A DNA stretch of 64,000 nucleotides from Chrysomallon squamiferum (lineage: Eukaryota > Animalia > Mollusca), in NCBI GenBank assembly GCA_012295275.1, contig CM022669.1, forward strand, positions 11,966,001 to 12,030,000, in the 5' to 3' direction. This document shows positions 39,701 to 54,005 of this stretch, piece after piece. The notes under the pieces are model-generated. The model was not told where the DNA came from and did no database searches. It saw only the letters and a list, made by a program, of their open reading frames with translations. Positions within the stretch are counted from its first letter, which is position 1. Every line of letters starts with the position of its first letter. A program made the translations under genes and the position numbers.

Positions 39701-42700
39701 AATCAGTTTTTCTGTTTGTGTGTTCCAGATGTCTGACATCAGAAGAGCTGCAGGAGAGACACGAAGAAGCAAAGCGCAGACACGCAGCGAGACTGGCGAG
39801 AGCGAAGGAGCAGGGAGTGAGAACTTCAGACATCGACACAGAGAGTCCTGCCTCTCTGTCTGAGGACACAGAGGAGGATGCAGGTTAAAAAAAATAAAAT
39901 TTAAACTTTGTGAACATTCAGAAAATACTGTATATTCAGAAAAGGCACATTATGTGTGAGAATATTCCAAAAAATTAATTAGTATGTATTTGTGCAGTTA
40001 AAGGCTAATTTTTTGAAAATTCACTGGCCCTTGGTCTATTCTGTATATAAATTTCTCTTGCCCACAGAGATAAAGCATACGCCCAAACTACTTAGCAGTT
40101 TCAGTAATAATAATCAAGGGATTTATATTAAAAAATAAAAAATAAAAATAAAAGCATTTTTCAAAAGTCTCTTAGCCCATCAGGGATCAGTCACTGTTAC
40201 AGCCTGATATTGAAAAGCTCTGGTGTCAAGGCTAACAGATTTGTCAAACTCTGCTGAAATGTAAGAAAAAATAGGACAAAAAAAAAAGAAGAGAAAATAG
40301 AAAGAAAGGATGATGGTGGCAGTAATGAAAACATAGTTATGTTGTGAATGAAGAAACAAAATATATTTACTGTATGTATTTTGAGGTATTGTATCTAAGA
40401 GTGGACTGGGCTGAATGCAGTCACGTACCTGTTGAAAATAAAAAAAATACTGCTACATAGGCATACGTGGCCAGTAAGAGTTGACATGATGTCTCTACTT
40501 GGTTGTGGGTCTAATTGGTGTACTTGGTTTTGAGAAATCCTCATCATCACTGCAATATTTGACTAATACTGCAGGGTTTTTTTTTTTTTGTTATTATTAA
40601 ATGTTGTGTATTTCAGGAGAGATGTGTAATGGTGTAAAAGACCAGAATGCAAATTCTGACAATGAAGATAACCACGTGTTTGTAGCTTTTGCACGCATCT
40701 TCAGTGGAACCATCAAAAAAGGAATGAAACTTTATGTTTTGGGACCAAAACACGACCCAACAAAATATCTCGAAGAGGTAAATGTTTTAGTTATCACATG
40801 TAAGAAATATCTTATAAAAGAAGGTCATTCATTTTAATACTACTTTCCGACTGCTTTTTAAAAAAAGTGTGTTTCTGGCTCATATTGTTAAAAAAATATT
40901 CTGAGGAAATTGTTTTATTAATAATAATAGTAGATATAGTTGTGTGAACCAGTAATAGTTGCATTACAGAAGTAATAGTATTAAATACAGCAGTAGTAAT
41001 AGTAGTAGTAGTATTAGATACAGCAGCAGTAGTAGTAGTAGTAGTATTAAATACAGCAGCAGTAGTAGTAGTATTAGATACAGTACAGTAGTAAAAGTAG
41101 TAGTAGTAATGGCAGAACCAATGAAAATAGTTGTAGCAGTAATAGTAGATTTAATAGTCTGAATAGTAATATTTGTAACAGTAATACATATCAATGTTTT
41201 CCTACAGGGAAGTATAGACAGAGAAATTGATGACAGTCTGACTGTCCGTGACTTGTCCAGTACAAAACATGTCACGATGTTCACAGTTAATGATCTCTAC
41301 TTGTTCATGGGACGGGAACTGGAAGCCATAGATAATATTCCTGCTGGAAACATTGTGGGTCAGTAACAACATATTACAGAAAATATTGAATTTTCTCAAA
41401 GTGTGTAACATTATATTAGTGTGTAAGTTGTTTCCTGGCATCTTAAATATGTTATCTGATAAAATCCAGTGAATTTTTGTGTTAAAGATGTTTCTGAAGG
41501 TCTTCTCCGAATTACATATTGAAGAAGTTAGCCTCATTTTTACAGCATTTTCATCGATTGCTAATATTCAGCAAGACATATAAAAATGAAGCCATAGGAC
41601 AACTCAGAATTCTGACATAATTAATGAATCAGTATGGAGGGTTACACATTGTAATGTAAAACTGTTACCATCAGAGCAAGAAGTGTACAATATTTTTAAA
41701 ACAAATTAATGTTCTGGTAGTGAACAATATTGTATTTTATTTTTTTTATTTCTACAGTTGTACTATAAAATTGTTACTCTCACAGCAAGAAGTTTAAAAT
41801 GTTTCCAGAATAAACTGATAATTTTTCACTGTGGACACAAAGGACTATATTTTATCACGTTTTTTAAAATCATGCAGGTATTGGGGGACTTGAAGACCAC
41901 ATCTTGAAGTCGGCTACAATTTCATCAACTTGTGCCTGTCCTGCATTTTCCGATCTGTACTTCGAGGCAATGCCAATCATCAGAGTGGCCGTGGAACCAA
42001 CCCGTGCAGGTAGACACAGACATACGTATCTGTCACACACAGAGTAACTCAACCGATACTTTAACACTGACTCTTACTAGACACGTTTCTCACATTCTGT
42101 ATTTCATAGTGCTTTTCTAACGACGAAGTTTGTCACTTTATACCATCCATTACATTAATTCATTTTGTTCTGAAATGGGCACTAAATGTTTGTTATAGTG
42201 TTAGGTGTATTTTTATATATATATATATATATTTGTTTTTGCCACTAATGTAATTTTAAATATTAGTTACAAGGTATTTTAAAACATAACTATGTGCTAT
42301 TTAATGAATAAAATTTACATATTTTAAATAATGTTGGTTTTTAAAAGAAAATTGTTATGTAATTAATATTAATAAAGTAACTAAATATACTGTGTGCTTC
42401 AAGCAGTGTTTTAATAATTTTCGTTGGTAATTTAATCTGCAGTTATTCAGATATTGTTATTTCCTATTTTCCTTAATAAAAATATATTATACTAATAATA
42501 AAAAGAAGAAAAAGAAATCCATTGAAATTCTATAGTGATTGCAACTTATACCATATCTTAAGCAATTTATGGTTCATAAAAGTTTCAACAACCATTTCGT
42601 TTAAATAGGGTAAAATTTGATGGTTATTTGGTTGACATTTTTGTTTGATCTTTTAAATAAAATGCTAAATAAGGTTATAAAAATATAGTTCATATTTCAG

Positions 42701-42883
42701 TAATCCAAAAAAAATATAATCTCTTAATTTTAGAATAACAGATTTATTTCATGAAATTATAAATATATTTAAAAATTAGTTTTCATTTTACTGCACACCT
42801 TTTTATTCTTCATTTGTCTTGTTTTAAAAAATTTGTCCCTCATTTTTTTTAGCTTTATTATTTCTCTTGTATATTCTGTCTTT

Positions 42884-42959
<76 letters not shown>

Positions 42960-45900
42960 GTTCCTTTTTCTCACTATATCTCTATTTCTCTCACTCTTTA
43001 TCTCTTCTTTTCCTCTTTCTCAGTATTTCTTTCTTTCTCTCACAACACACACAAATAAAATATTCTGCACTGACTTATTAACAATATTAGAGCCAGCAGC
43101 AGTTTTATTGTTTTTGACTAAATTTTCTTCTTTATAGGTGACATGAAGAAACTTGTACATGGACTGAAACTTCTGAACCAGGCAGACCCCTGTGTCGAGG
43201 TGCTGGTGCAAGAAACAGGTGAACACATCATCATCGCCGTAGGTGAAGTGCATCTACAACGTTGCATTGATGACCTGAAAGAAAGGTTTGTTGATCATTT
43301 TCAGTTTTGTTGCCAAGTATGTTTAACCTGCATTTCAAATTTTTTGCATTTAATAATAGGTTAAAAACAAAAAAAAGAAGAAGAAGAAAGTATCATAGAA
43401 TACAAAATTATTTAACTATTTAATTTTCTGGTTTGGAATGGATGTTTATTTGTACAGATGGATATAGGTCTGCATGAACAGAAACAGAATCTGTCTAAAT
43501 CAGACAAATATTAAAATGTAATCATAATAAAGTCAGACAGACATTAAGGAATCTTTTTAGCAATTTACGATCATGTAATATATATGTTATAATTTTGTTG
43601 TTCTTTTTCCAGATACGCACATGTAAATGTACACGTGTCGTCACCAATTGTGCCATTTCGGGAAACAATAGTGTCGCCTCCGAAAGTTGACATGGTGAAT
43701 GAATCGATTCACGATCTGAACCAGCGAAGGAAGCTGCTTAAACCTGAATTCGAGGACGACGTCACTGTGATTAAACCAGGCATTGTGGAGATGACAACGT
43801 CCAACAGACTGTGTACAATACGAATACGAGCTGTTCCACTTCCTGCAGCAGTCACTGACCTCCTGGTGGAAAACTCTCACCTGATGAAGACCCTGGACAT
43901 GTACACTGCCGCACACTCCAGCGACAAGAAAGAAAGTCAGAAGAGTTTTGAGATCAATGCATCCACGGTCACTGCCCTTCACGTCCTGAAAGACAAAATA
44001 GAAAGCGCATTCAATTCTGCAGGTAAACTGTGGAGAGGTTCGGTTTCCCAGATGTGGAGTTGCGGACCACACAGGTGTGGGTCGAACGTGTTGTTAAACA
44101 GAATCCCGGGATACCAGAGGCCGTCGATGTGGTGGCGGTTGCAGAACGAGGCCGCGGAGTTGGTGAACGTTAGAAGTTTCGACAGCAGTGTTGTGAATGG
44201 ATTCCAGCTGGCGACGATTTCTGGACCAGTCTGTGAAGAGCCCATGCAGGGAGTCTGTTTCATTATGGAAAAGTGGGAGTATGCTAATAACGATCTTCTG
44301 TCGTTTGTTGACGATGTTAAAACAGAAAAAGTTTCAGTTAGTGATTGTAAGAACCTAGAACAGAAGTCTGAAGGAACAGATCATATATCTGTTGTAAATA
44401 TTAGTCAGAAAGAGCAGGTATCTAAAGAAACAGAATGTAAAACAGATATTACTTCACAAAAAGAGGAAACTAAAGCCTCTGATGAAAATGATGCAATACT
44501 AACACCTCACGAAAGCAGCCAATCAGAATCAACAGAACTGTTGAAGGAAGCTGTGTCTTCAGAAAAGAGCCAATCAGAGTTAGTGAAAACTAAACAGGGC
44601 CCAGATTCAGTTGCAAACAGCCAATCAGAATCATCAGAAGCAGCCAATCAAAAGTGTCAGCAAAGACAGGTGGCCTTTGGCCCATTTTCTGGCCAGCTCA
44701 TGTCATGTATTAAAGATGGCTGCCGCAAAGCTTTCCAAACTCAGCCACAGAGACTGGTAGTGGCAATGTACAAGTGTGATATACAGGCAACTGCAGATGT
44801 TTTAGGTTTGTTTTCAGTTGCTATATGTCAAGTCATGTCTGTATGTCCATGTAAGAAAAAGAAAAGTAAGAAACAAACAAAACAAAAATTCTCCTGTCCC
44901 TCTTAAGATTAGGAACTTTTTTATTTTATATATTTATTTACATATATTTTTAGACCCACAGTTTTCAGTAATAAATTATTTTCTGTATGCTCAGAGATTG
45001 AAGAATTTCAGATTACAATCAGTATTAAACAATTCACTGGAGGGACAGTTTTATTGTTTTCCTTCATAGATACACAAAAACATTTGTTAAAAATCTTAAA
45101 ATATGTTATTGATGTGTCATTAAACAAAAAAAATCATTAACACACTTAAAAGCCAAACAAAAAATATATTACTATTATAAAATAACAACAACAAATAAAT
45201 TAAAAAAAAAAATAATAATAATAATAATAATGAATAATAATAAATCATAATAAAGCGCAAAAAAGATTACAGTTTCAGTTTCTTTTTAATTCGTTTAATT
45301 ATATACTTATTTATTAATTTTGTTTAGTCTTGTTTTTTGTTCATACTTTGAATTTTTATAACATTTAATTCTTTTTAACACAACTTTTTAAACCAAAATG
45401 TATTTTTATGAATATATTCAAATTTTTTTTTTCAATCATTCCTTTCACTATTAAACACTTTCTGTTTTAGGCAAGCTATACGGAGTTCTGGGAAAACGAA
45501 ATGGCCGAGTTCTCAGTGATTCTATGAGAGAAGGAACACAAGTTTTCAACATTGCTGCAGTCCTTCCCGTTATTGAAAGTTTTGGGTTTGCTGAGGAAAT
45601 CAGGAAAAAAACAAGTGGCCTAGCAAGTCCACAGCTAAAGTTCAGTCACTGGGAGGTAGTAAATGATATAGTTTATATTTACTTTTTTGTTCTTAAGACT
45701 GTATACACTGGTACCTTGAATTACGAGTTTAATTTGTTCCGTGACCAAGCTGTGTTTATCAAATAAATTTTCCCAACTGAAATTAATTGAAATACCATTA
45801 ATCCGTTCAAACCACCCAAAAACCACTTTTTTTTTTTTTTTTTTTTTTTATTGTACTGTGTTATTAAATAAGAAAAATGTATTTATAAATGACAAATATT

Positions 45901-46587
45901 TAAAAAAAAAAAAAAAAAAAAAAAGAGAATGTGAAGATTTAAATTGGTTTTGTAAAGGCTATTTATCATGGAGATTAGACAAATTATTTTAATGCCTTTG
46001 GCTGGAGTGAACTCTGTAAATTATTAATATCTTTTTTTTTTTTTAATGTTAATCAATACAACTTTATGACAGTTTTACACATTTTTATATTAATATTTAT
46101 TAGACTGATTTTTTTTTTTTTTTTTTTTTAGACTTGAATAAATTTAGTTTTTTTTTTTTTTTTTTTTTTTTCTACATTCCAGTTTTAATACTTTAAAATT
46201 TTAATGTTTTTTTTGTGTGTGTGTGTGTTTATTTATTTTTTTTTTATTAGTGTTCCCATTTTTGAAAAAAAAAATTGTACAGATGTACTCAGTTCTGCAT
46301 TCATACAAACACATACACACAATCACTCACACACAAGAACATACACATACAAACATGAAAACACACAGACACACACACACACACACACCTATCATAAAAA
46401 ATAATGTGAAGGAACAAGTCACAGGCAGGAAAGCATAAACAACAGCCTTTCATTGTGAGACCCTGTTTGGAATGGGAAATATCTAATGAATTTTTTTTTT
46501 TTTTATCAGTTCAAGTAAAAAGTTTTTTTTTTAAATGCTTGAAATAGTTTTATTTATATATTTAATGAGAGTTGTTATTTGCGTTTT

Positions 46588-46631
<44 letters not shown>

Positions 46632-48471
46632 GTTCATTTAATTTAATTTTGTCTCTTGCATGCTATCCTGTCCACAAAAGTTTTAATATTTTCACTGTAT
46701 TTTTTACAACTAAAAGTATTATATTAGCAGATTTTTTTTTTTTTTTTTTAAATACTAAATTCATAAATCACTTTGTAACTGTACAGAATGAGTAAAGCGA
46801 ATTATTAAAATTAAATTTCCAAAAACCCAAATACTTCCAAATTTGTATAAAAACATTAAAACATCTGTGTAAGTGTTTTTAGTACATGTTTGTATCATTG
46901 TGTTGAAATAACACAGCATTTCCTTGTTCATTCATATTACTGTTTGCTGCTGTGTTAAAAACAAAGCACTTTTATGTTTTCATCAACAAAATATTTTATT
47001 AGTTTATTGTATCCATTGAATATTTTTCAACTAATTTTTTGATGTTATGTTATCTAAAGAAAACAACAACACTTGTGTGTACACCATTTAATACCAAAAC
47101 ATTTATTCAAATTATTTACTGTTGTTGGCATATTATGAACAAAATACTTATGATTCCTTTTTGTACTAAAACATAGTAAACAGAATACTTTGTAGCAATT
47201 TATTTAATATAAAACATTTGTTTGCAGCAATTATTACTAACAGACTTTAAACAAAATATTTTCATTTACTCTCATGTGAAAAACTCACACATCAAAAAAA
47301 AGAAATAAGAAAATTAATTTATTTCAAATTTTAACACATATCAATATTTTCATTCCTTTTTAATAGGCAGTAAAAATGCCACATTTTCAGAATATAACAG
47401 ATTAGAAATATTACATTTCATATTGAAAAGCCATACCAAGATTTGTCTAAAATGTATTTTTTTTTAAGTGTAGCACCTAGGGAGATGAGAAGAAAAAGTC
47501 TAAATACATATCTTCTGTCTTCCAAGTTACGTTTTATTTGTTTTCTGCCTTCATATTATAATTAACAATTAAATTAAATAAAACAAAGAAAGAGGAAGTT
47601 AGAAAATGTTTGATCACTTCCATGTTTCTCTAGCCATGCTGGACAGTATCAGTTTGCCGGAATTTCTTCTAGTATTTCAAAAATATAGTCATCACTCTTC
47701 ATGTTGTTCAGCCTGTTACCGTACTGTTCAAATTTACCACAGGTTTTATTTATTTATTTATTTATTTTAGTAGTATTTAAGATGAAAAAAGTGATAAAAA
47801 AAATATATTTTAACATTTATGCAGCAGTTTATATATCTAAAAATAAATCCAAATCATCCCAGTGGGACTGTGATGGTTTGGAGAGGTTAACACAAAATGT
47901 GGTATCAGATTTGGCCACTAGCAATAACAGTGACTTCATTAGAAGATATCAGAAGAAGAAAAAAAAATAATTAAAAAAAATATATATAACAACAACAACA
48001 AAAAAAGAAAGAAACAAAAAACATACCAACTTTTTTTCCCTTGTGATTTTGATTTAATTTTGTTTATTTAGTATTTTAGGGTATATGTTTAAAGGATAGT
48101 GCAAATTCAAACAAAGCTTTGCTGCTGACTAATACAAGAAGACAGATGATAGGGTGATAGACATTTACTTCTTCATATTAATGACATTCTTAAACAAAAA
48201 ATAAAATAATAAATAAAATAATCTGAACACAGTAGTGTGTTATAAATCAGTTCATTTAAATTCAGAAGTATAATATATACATATATTTTTCTATCTTAAA
48301 AATTCTTAAAATATAATGCAGTAGAGATAGTATCTATATTTTTATTTATTTATATGTGTGTGTGTATTTGTTTTTTTTAAAGTAGGATGGAAATAATATT
48401 ATACACCTATCAGTAATTTAATCTGTAATTATCAGCTATTTTACCTATAAAATACAGGTGAATAGTTTATA

Positions 48472-48503
<32 letters not shown>

Positions 48504-48862
48504 CTTGAAAATACTGTGTTACAGTATTTGCATCGGTCACTGTATTTAATCCATTTTTAATAGCTTATCATTTATTCAACAAACATTTTATTTTTTAACT
48601 GATTTCATTTTAAAATTACCTCTAACATTTTCAGGTGTTTGATGTTTATGGAAATAAATTACATAGTTTATTTTTATGTGAAACTGATACCCTTATGAAA
48701 AGTTGAGAGATGGTTGAATTTTTTATTATTTATTAAGGCTGGCAGTAAAGAGCACAGATTTATGTATAAAAAAAATATCAAGAACAGGAAATAAAGAAGA
48801 CTAAATTCATAAATCTGTAATACTATCAAGAACAACAATAATTACAAAAAAATAGAGACTGA

Positions 48863-48898
<36 letters not shown>

Positions 48899-49346
48899 AA
48901 TGTCTGCCACCATAAACAAGCTACCTTTATCAGTTAGCATAAAGAGATCTTTTTATGCACCTTCCCAAGATTAGGCTTGGGCTGGAAGGGCAAATAGTGG
49001 AAATACTGTTATTGTTGTACGAGAACAAATCATTTTTATTTTATTATTATTAATTTCCTTTATTACAAAATCATAGATGTAGATTCATACACAAATAATA
49101 ATCAAGTAAATATATTACTAATTATCATTATTTTTCCACCATTTCTTTTTTTTTAAGGTACTAGATACTGATCCATACTGGGTACCTACAACAGAAGAAG
49201 AATATTTGCATTTTGGAGAAAAATCCGATTCAGAAAACAGGGCTAGAAACTACATGAATAAAGTACGAAGACGGAAAGGCCTCAAAGTGGATGAAAAAAT
49301 TGTTGAACATGCAGAAAAGCAAAGAACTCTGACAAAAATGAAATAG
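33531..49346 (+). CDS. EFL1: Elongation factor-like GTPase 1 (EFL1/EFTUD1/Ria1; releases eIF6 from pre-60S together with SBDS), 21 coding exons, about 1201 aa
   Basis: Exons: 33531-33621, 33991-34058, 34358-34442, 34861-34994, 35266-35403, 35715-35771, 35947-35991, 36461-36570, 37079-37202, 37722-37801, 38158-38294, 39003-39125, 39344-39443, 39729-39883, 40617-40777, 41208-41358, 41878-42009, 43138-43285, 43613-44805, 45471-45655, 49158-49346 (3606 nt, all GT-AG, frame closed). G-motifs AHVDHGKT, RGIT, DSPGH, NKID, SALDG. EFL1-specific C-terminus [18 protein letters not shown]...[19 protein letters not shown]. Confidence 0.97.
36670..37097 (+). repeat. About 48-bp degenerate tandem array made of the EFL1 intron 8 acceptor plus the first 19 nt of exon 9
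   Basis: Variants of cag|GATAGGTCATTTTGCTGAG start at about 36694, 36754, 36792, 36841, 36890, 36938, 36983 and 37031; the true exon starts at 37079. Confidence 0.88.
39126..39325 (+). repeat. Diverged copy of EFL1 exon 7 plus the 5' part of intron 7, forming most of intron 12
   Basis: AAAGAAATAAAAGATGATCTAGATCCACAGGCATTATAA...AATAAAATA...TAAGACTTA...GAGACCATTTAAG at 39140-39298 matches 35962-36107. Confidence 0.88.
40945..41160. repeat. (AGT/AGC)n repeat interleaved with the unit ATTA(A/G)ATACAG
   Basis: Directly visible in EFL1 intron 15. Confidence 0.85.
42885..42957. repeat. (CT)n microsatellite
   Basis: Directly visible in EFL1 intron 17. Confidence 0.95.
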
Positions 49347-52300
49347 AAATATTTAGCAGGAATTAAAATTAATTTATCTCTGTAATTTTTTTTTTTTTTT
49401 TTTTATTTTTTTATGATGTTATATGAAATAATAATAATCTATGGTATCATGGATGCTTCAGTATGGTTAGAGAATTGAAACTTGATGGAAATAATATCCT
49501 TTTGTTATCATAAAAAACTAGTACTAGTTTAAATTTTAAAATTTTGGCTTTTTTAATGTTGTTTAATGAATTTTTCCAACCAAACCAAATATCAATGAAA
49601 GTACATATTTCCACTTATTATGGCTATGCAATATTATTATGCAATCTGTTTATATGCATGTCCTTTTGCAAAGAACCTGAAATAATTATCTGAAAAATAA
49701 CATTTTTTATGTACGGTCATGTCAAAAACTAACAGACAATTTTATTTATTCAAATTTGGTCATTTTTTGCCTTGGGTCTTCCCCTAAAAATATAATGAAG
49801 TTTTATTATTTTGTGTAAATCATACTTATTTTATATATGAAGAGAACATCTACTGCAGTCACCCTCCCCTGGGCTACTTTTCTCAATAGCAGTGGTGGAA
49901 ATGATCATTGAATCTTCCATCCACCAATTGTTGCAAGACAGGGGAAGTAGAATGGAAAATACTGCTGACAATACATTTGGAGATTACCTCATAAAACTGC
50001 GTAAAGGCCTCGTTTTAAGATACAAATGTACTGACTGACTCCAGGTAACCAATCCTTTATCCTAACAGCTACTCTATTTCAAATATTAAAATAATAATAA
50101 CAATAATACTCAAAAGGAATACGAGGTACTTATGAAAGATAATGGTGAAAACGTAACTGACCTTCACCTGAACAGTAAAGTAGGTCCTGGCTATTATAAT
50201 ACAAGTACTTTGTGAAAAAACCATCCTGTCAGATACTTGGGTCAACAACAGAGCTACAAATATGTGCACAGTTCTCAACAATTTTGTAGCAGGAAGAGGT
50301 GTGTTCAGGAAGGTTTTTAAAAAAATATATATAAAATAACTAACCATTTCATAATGTAATGAACCCTTAATTCAGTGGATTTTGGTTTAAGTGAAGAACT
50401 GTAAAAACACTATCAGCCTTTGTTAAACTGAATATCTACTGTCTAAAAAGATAACATCAAGAACACAATTTAAATAAACAAGATAGAAATTTCCTATTAA
50501 TAACTGATAACATGTAAAGGGTGTTTATATAAAAATGCATGTCATTAAATTAATTTGACATTCACCATCCTGATCATAAAATGTTACTTGTCAATGAACT
50601 GAAAGCATTCTCACTTTATAACTAACTTGATGTAAAACCATAATTACTTCGATACAAGAATGAGTTAATTCAAGGATACTCTTCATATATAAAATGTTGA
50701 AGAAAAACATACAAAACAGATAAATAAATAATCTTTATTTTTCTTATTAATGAAATACAAATGAATGCAGTGATTTCTTTTTTGCCTGTGAGCTACAATG
50801 ATCTACACATAGTTAACAAGCATCTGCAGTAAAACATGCAAAACAATTTTAATGTCATCATGATGCATTCAACAAACGTACAGTAAAAAAAAAAAAAAAA
50901 ATAAAATTTAAAAAATCCCACCAAAACTTTTTCCAGAATATTCAGTTAGCCCAAATATATACTTAGATTATATATATACAATAATATCAATTCATTCAAA
51001 TAAATTATGATCTCTTAATAAAATGATTAGGTCAATGATTTGGTTTACTTGTGTCATGATAAATTTACAATTTTTCTTCTTTCAGTACAAATGCGTAGTT
51101 ATGAAAAAAGGTATCTGTGAAAGATGCAAATTTCAACAATGGTAACATACATTTTTGTAGAAAATGTTGTTTACTGCATATTAGAATCACAACCATCCCT
51201 ATATACACATACAGTATTGGTTATTCCAATTATTTAGACAGTCACATTCACTATGTAACTGTCTTTACATTTTTACTAATTTATTACAGAAAAATAAAAA
51301 TATTTCTGACATATTAACAAACATATCTATAAAATAATAATAACAAAGAAAAATAAATTTTAAAAATCTAAGCTTCTATAGAAATCACTTAAATTTTTTG
51401 ATTGCAATAAAAATAATTCATAAATGTGAGCAGTTTTTCATTAAATTCATTTAATTTTTTATAATGAAATTTAGTTTTTCACTTCTTCAAAAAAAAAAAA
51501 AAATTTAACTTCTCATATATAAAAACTTGGGTTATGACAGCATGAACATAAATAAGCAAATAAAAAGAAATGAAATAAAATCAAAGCATTCTTTAACTTA
51601 AAATCTGTCAGGTCCTGTCCAATTACAGACAGAACGTTTGCTATTTATACTTTTTTTATGTCAGTTATCTCGTAACAACCACTGTCTATCTGGAATCATT
51701 CACGTAATGTTTTAAAACATTTGTCCAGATTTGATGAATAACACTGTCTTAAAATCTCATTTATATAAACCCATTAAAGTTTTGTCATTTTTATATGATA
51801 CCAAATCTTACAGGCAAGTCATATTTTTATTTTAAAATCAAATTACACATGTACACACACACCTACATAATATTAAATTCTATTTTTTCATACTCTTGTC
51901 TTTACTAATTCGACCAGTGACCCAGTATTTTATTATGAAATAAAAACAAATAAGCTATCTCGTATCTTTAATTTTCATAACATACTTTGTATATTTGTTC
52001 TGATTTCAGATAATTAACCATGAAAATCAGTAATCTTCTTTCTGCCTATGAACACAGAGATAGGATACTTATCAAAAAAAAAGATTACTTTAAAGCTCAA
52101 GATCACAGGACCTTGTGTCCTCTATCTCAAACAGATATACTGGGATGGATTAAAACAGATTTGTCTTGGACTCTAACCAGTCATGTATCACTCTTTAATT
52201 AACAGTCTGGACTTCATGCGTGCTGTGAGCATCAGTTTGATTGTGATATAACGAAACCCCGGCATTGCTAGTGGTGTCATTAAGTTTAATCTTTATAATC

Positions 52301-53332
52301 TGGTAGATTCAAGATACTGTAGTATCTCTTTGCCAGACATCAAAGTTTTGTGCCAGTCATTCAACTATTTGAGGCCAAGCTTCCGTTTTTCCTTGACATG
52401 ACAAGCATACTTGAACTAAAACTAGATTAACGGGTATAGTTAAATAGCCAGATGATTGTATAATTTAAGTTTTGAATATTAGTGTCCAAAATAAAACTGT
52501 ATGTTTGTGCATTCTTTGAAGTAAAAGTAATTTTCTGATTTAAAAAAAAAAGTTCCACTTTTTATGACATGGTGCACATTTAAACCATAATTACATCATA
52601 TCCAAAAGGTTTCAGTTATTATAATAATAATTTGATTATCAGATTCAACTTTTAAATATTAATCTCCAAATTAATGTTACCTGTCCTTTGGAGAAAAAGT
52701 AATTGGCAAAAGAAGAAAAAAAAGCTAACAAAAGTATCACAGAAGATAAGTGATTTTACTTAAATCTGTTGCTAACAAATATTAGAAACAATCACTGTTA
52801 GCAATAGTTCTTCCTAATACCTTTAAAACTGTTAAAGCTTTATAAAAATCCTGGACGGTTTTCTGCACATAATTAGAATATCTCTGAAAGCATATGATGT
52901 ATTTTTAAACTTCAAACAAGCAGCTAATACTATATAAAGTTACTGCATTAATGTACAAGTGCATTAATGGGACTATGCAATTGAATGAAATACACTGAAC
53001 CTTTTAAGTCTGCTGCTTGTAATTAAATAAAAATTTATGAATGTAATTACTGTCAATCAATTGTAATCTTTATTAACAATAAAGTATGTCATAATTAATA
53101 TATACAACATCTCACCAAAAAAACAATATATATATATATATATATTAATAAAAAAAAAAATACAATACTAAATAAATTAATTAAAAATACTATCAATAAA
53201 GATAACAATTATGTCAATAAATTCATCTTCTTTTTTTCTATTTTAATAATAAAATGATTCATTAACAGCAGTTATTTAAGCCTACATTTCTCTATTTTCC
53301 AAAACAAATTAACAAAAAAACAACCAAATATA

Positions 53333-53906
53333 CAGTGGTATCTCAAGTTACAAGTGCTCCAACTAACGGATTTTCCAAGTTTCGACCAGGAGCATGGTAG
53401 AGTTTTTGCTTCGAGTTGCCAAATTTCCATAGATCCTAACAAAGTGAATGCAAAGGACAGTGCTGAGAAGAAGCAGATGATGTCCATTGAATTAAAGCAT
53501 GAAATCACAGAAATACAAGAGCAAGGTGTGCATGTAGTCAACATGGCTAGGCAGTACCAGTGTAGTACTTTTATGATATGTACCATACAAAGGCGTCAAA
53601 ATAATTTCTAAGCTGCGGGCCTCTGTCCATGAAAAGATGGATAAATCCTAACCCTGTGCACTTTACTAAACCAATTTATTTCTTTACATTCTCTTTTATT
53701 TAGTTTCTATACAATATTTGTCATTTATACATACATATTTCTTATTTAAAAACACATTACAAAAATTTGGGGTGTTTTTTTGGGGGCTGGATCGGATTAA
53801 TCATATTTCAATTAATTTTATTTGGGAAAATTGATTTGATTTACAAGCAAATTGAGTTACGAGCTCAATCACAGAACAAATTAAACTTGTAAGTCAAGGT
53901 ACCCTG
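53333..53906 (+). mobile_element. Internally deleted Tigger/pogo (Tc1-mariner superfamily) DNA transposon
   Basis: TA flanks at 53331-53332 and 53907-53908. Imperfect TIRs: CAGTGGTATCTCAAGTTACAAGT and, reverse-complemented, CAG-GGTACCTTGACTTACAAGT. The internal remnant DPNKVNAKDSAEKKQMMSIELKHEITEIQEQGVHVVNMARQYQCSTFMICTI resembles the N-terminal CENP-B/psq-type HTH of Tigger transposases. No DDD catalytic domain remains. Confidence 0.88.
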
Positions 53907-53911
53907 TATAC

Positions 53912-53953
<42 letters not shown>

Positions 53954-54005
53954 TAAAAATTGTGTAATAATAATAAAGTATCTTTTTGTACACTTGGCCT
54001 ATGAA

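Noticed and set aside
50715-50745. Back-to-back poly(A) signals (AATAAA / TTTATT) suggesting abutting EFL1 and CHSY1 3' ends
   Set aside because: These hexamers are ubiquitous at this AT content, so this cannot be supported without 3'-end data.
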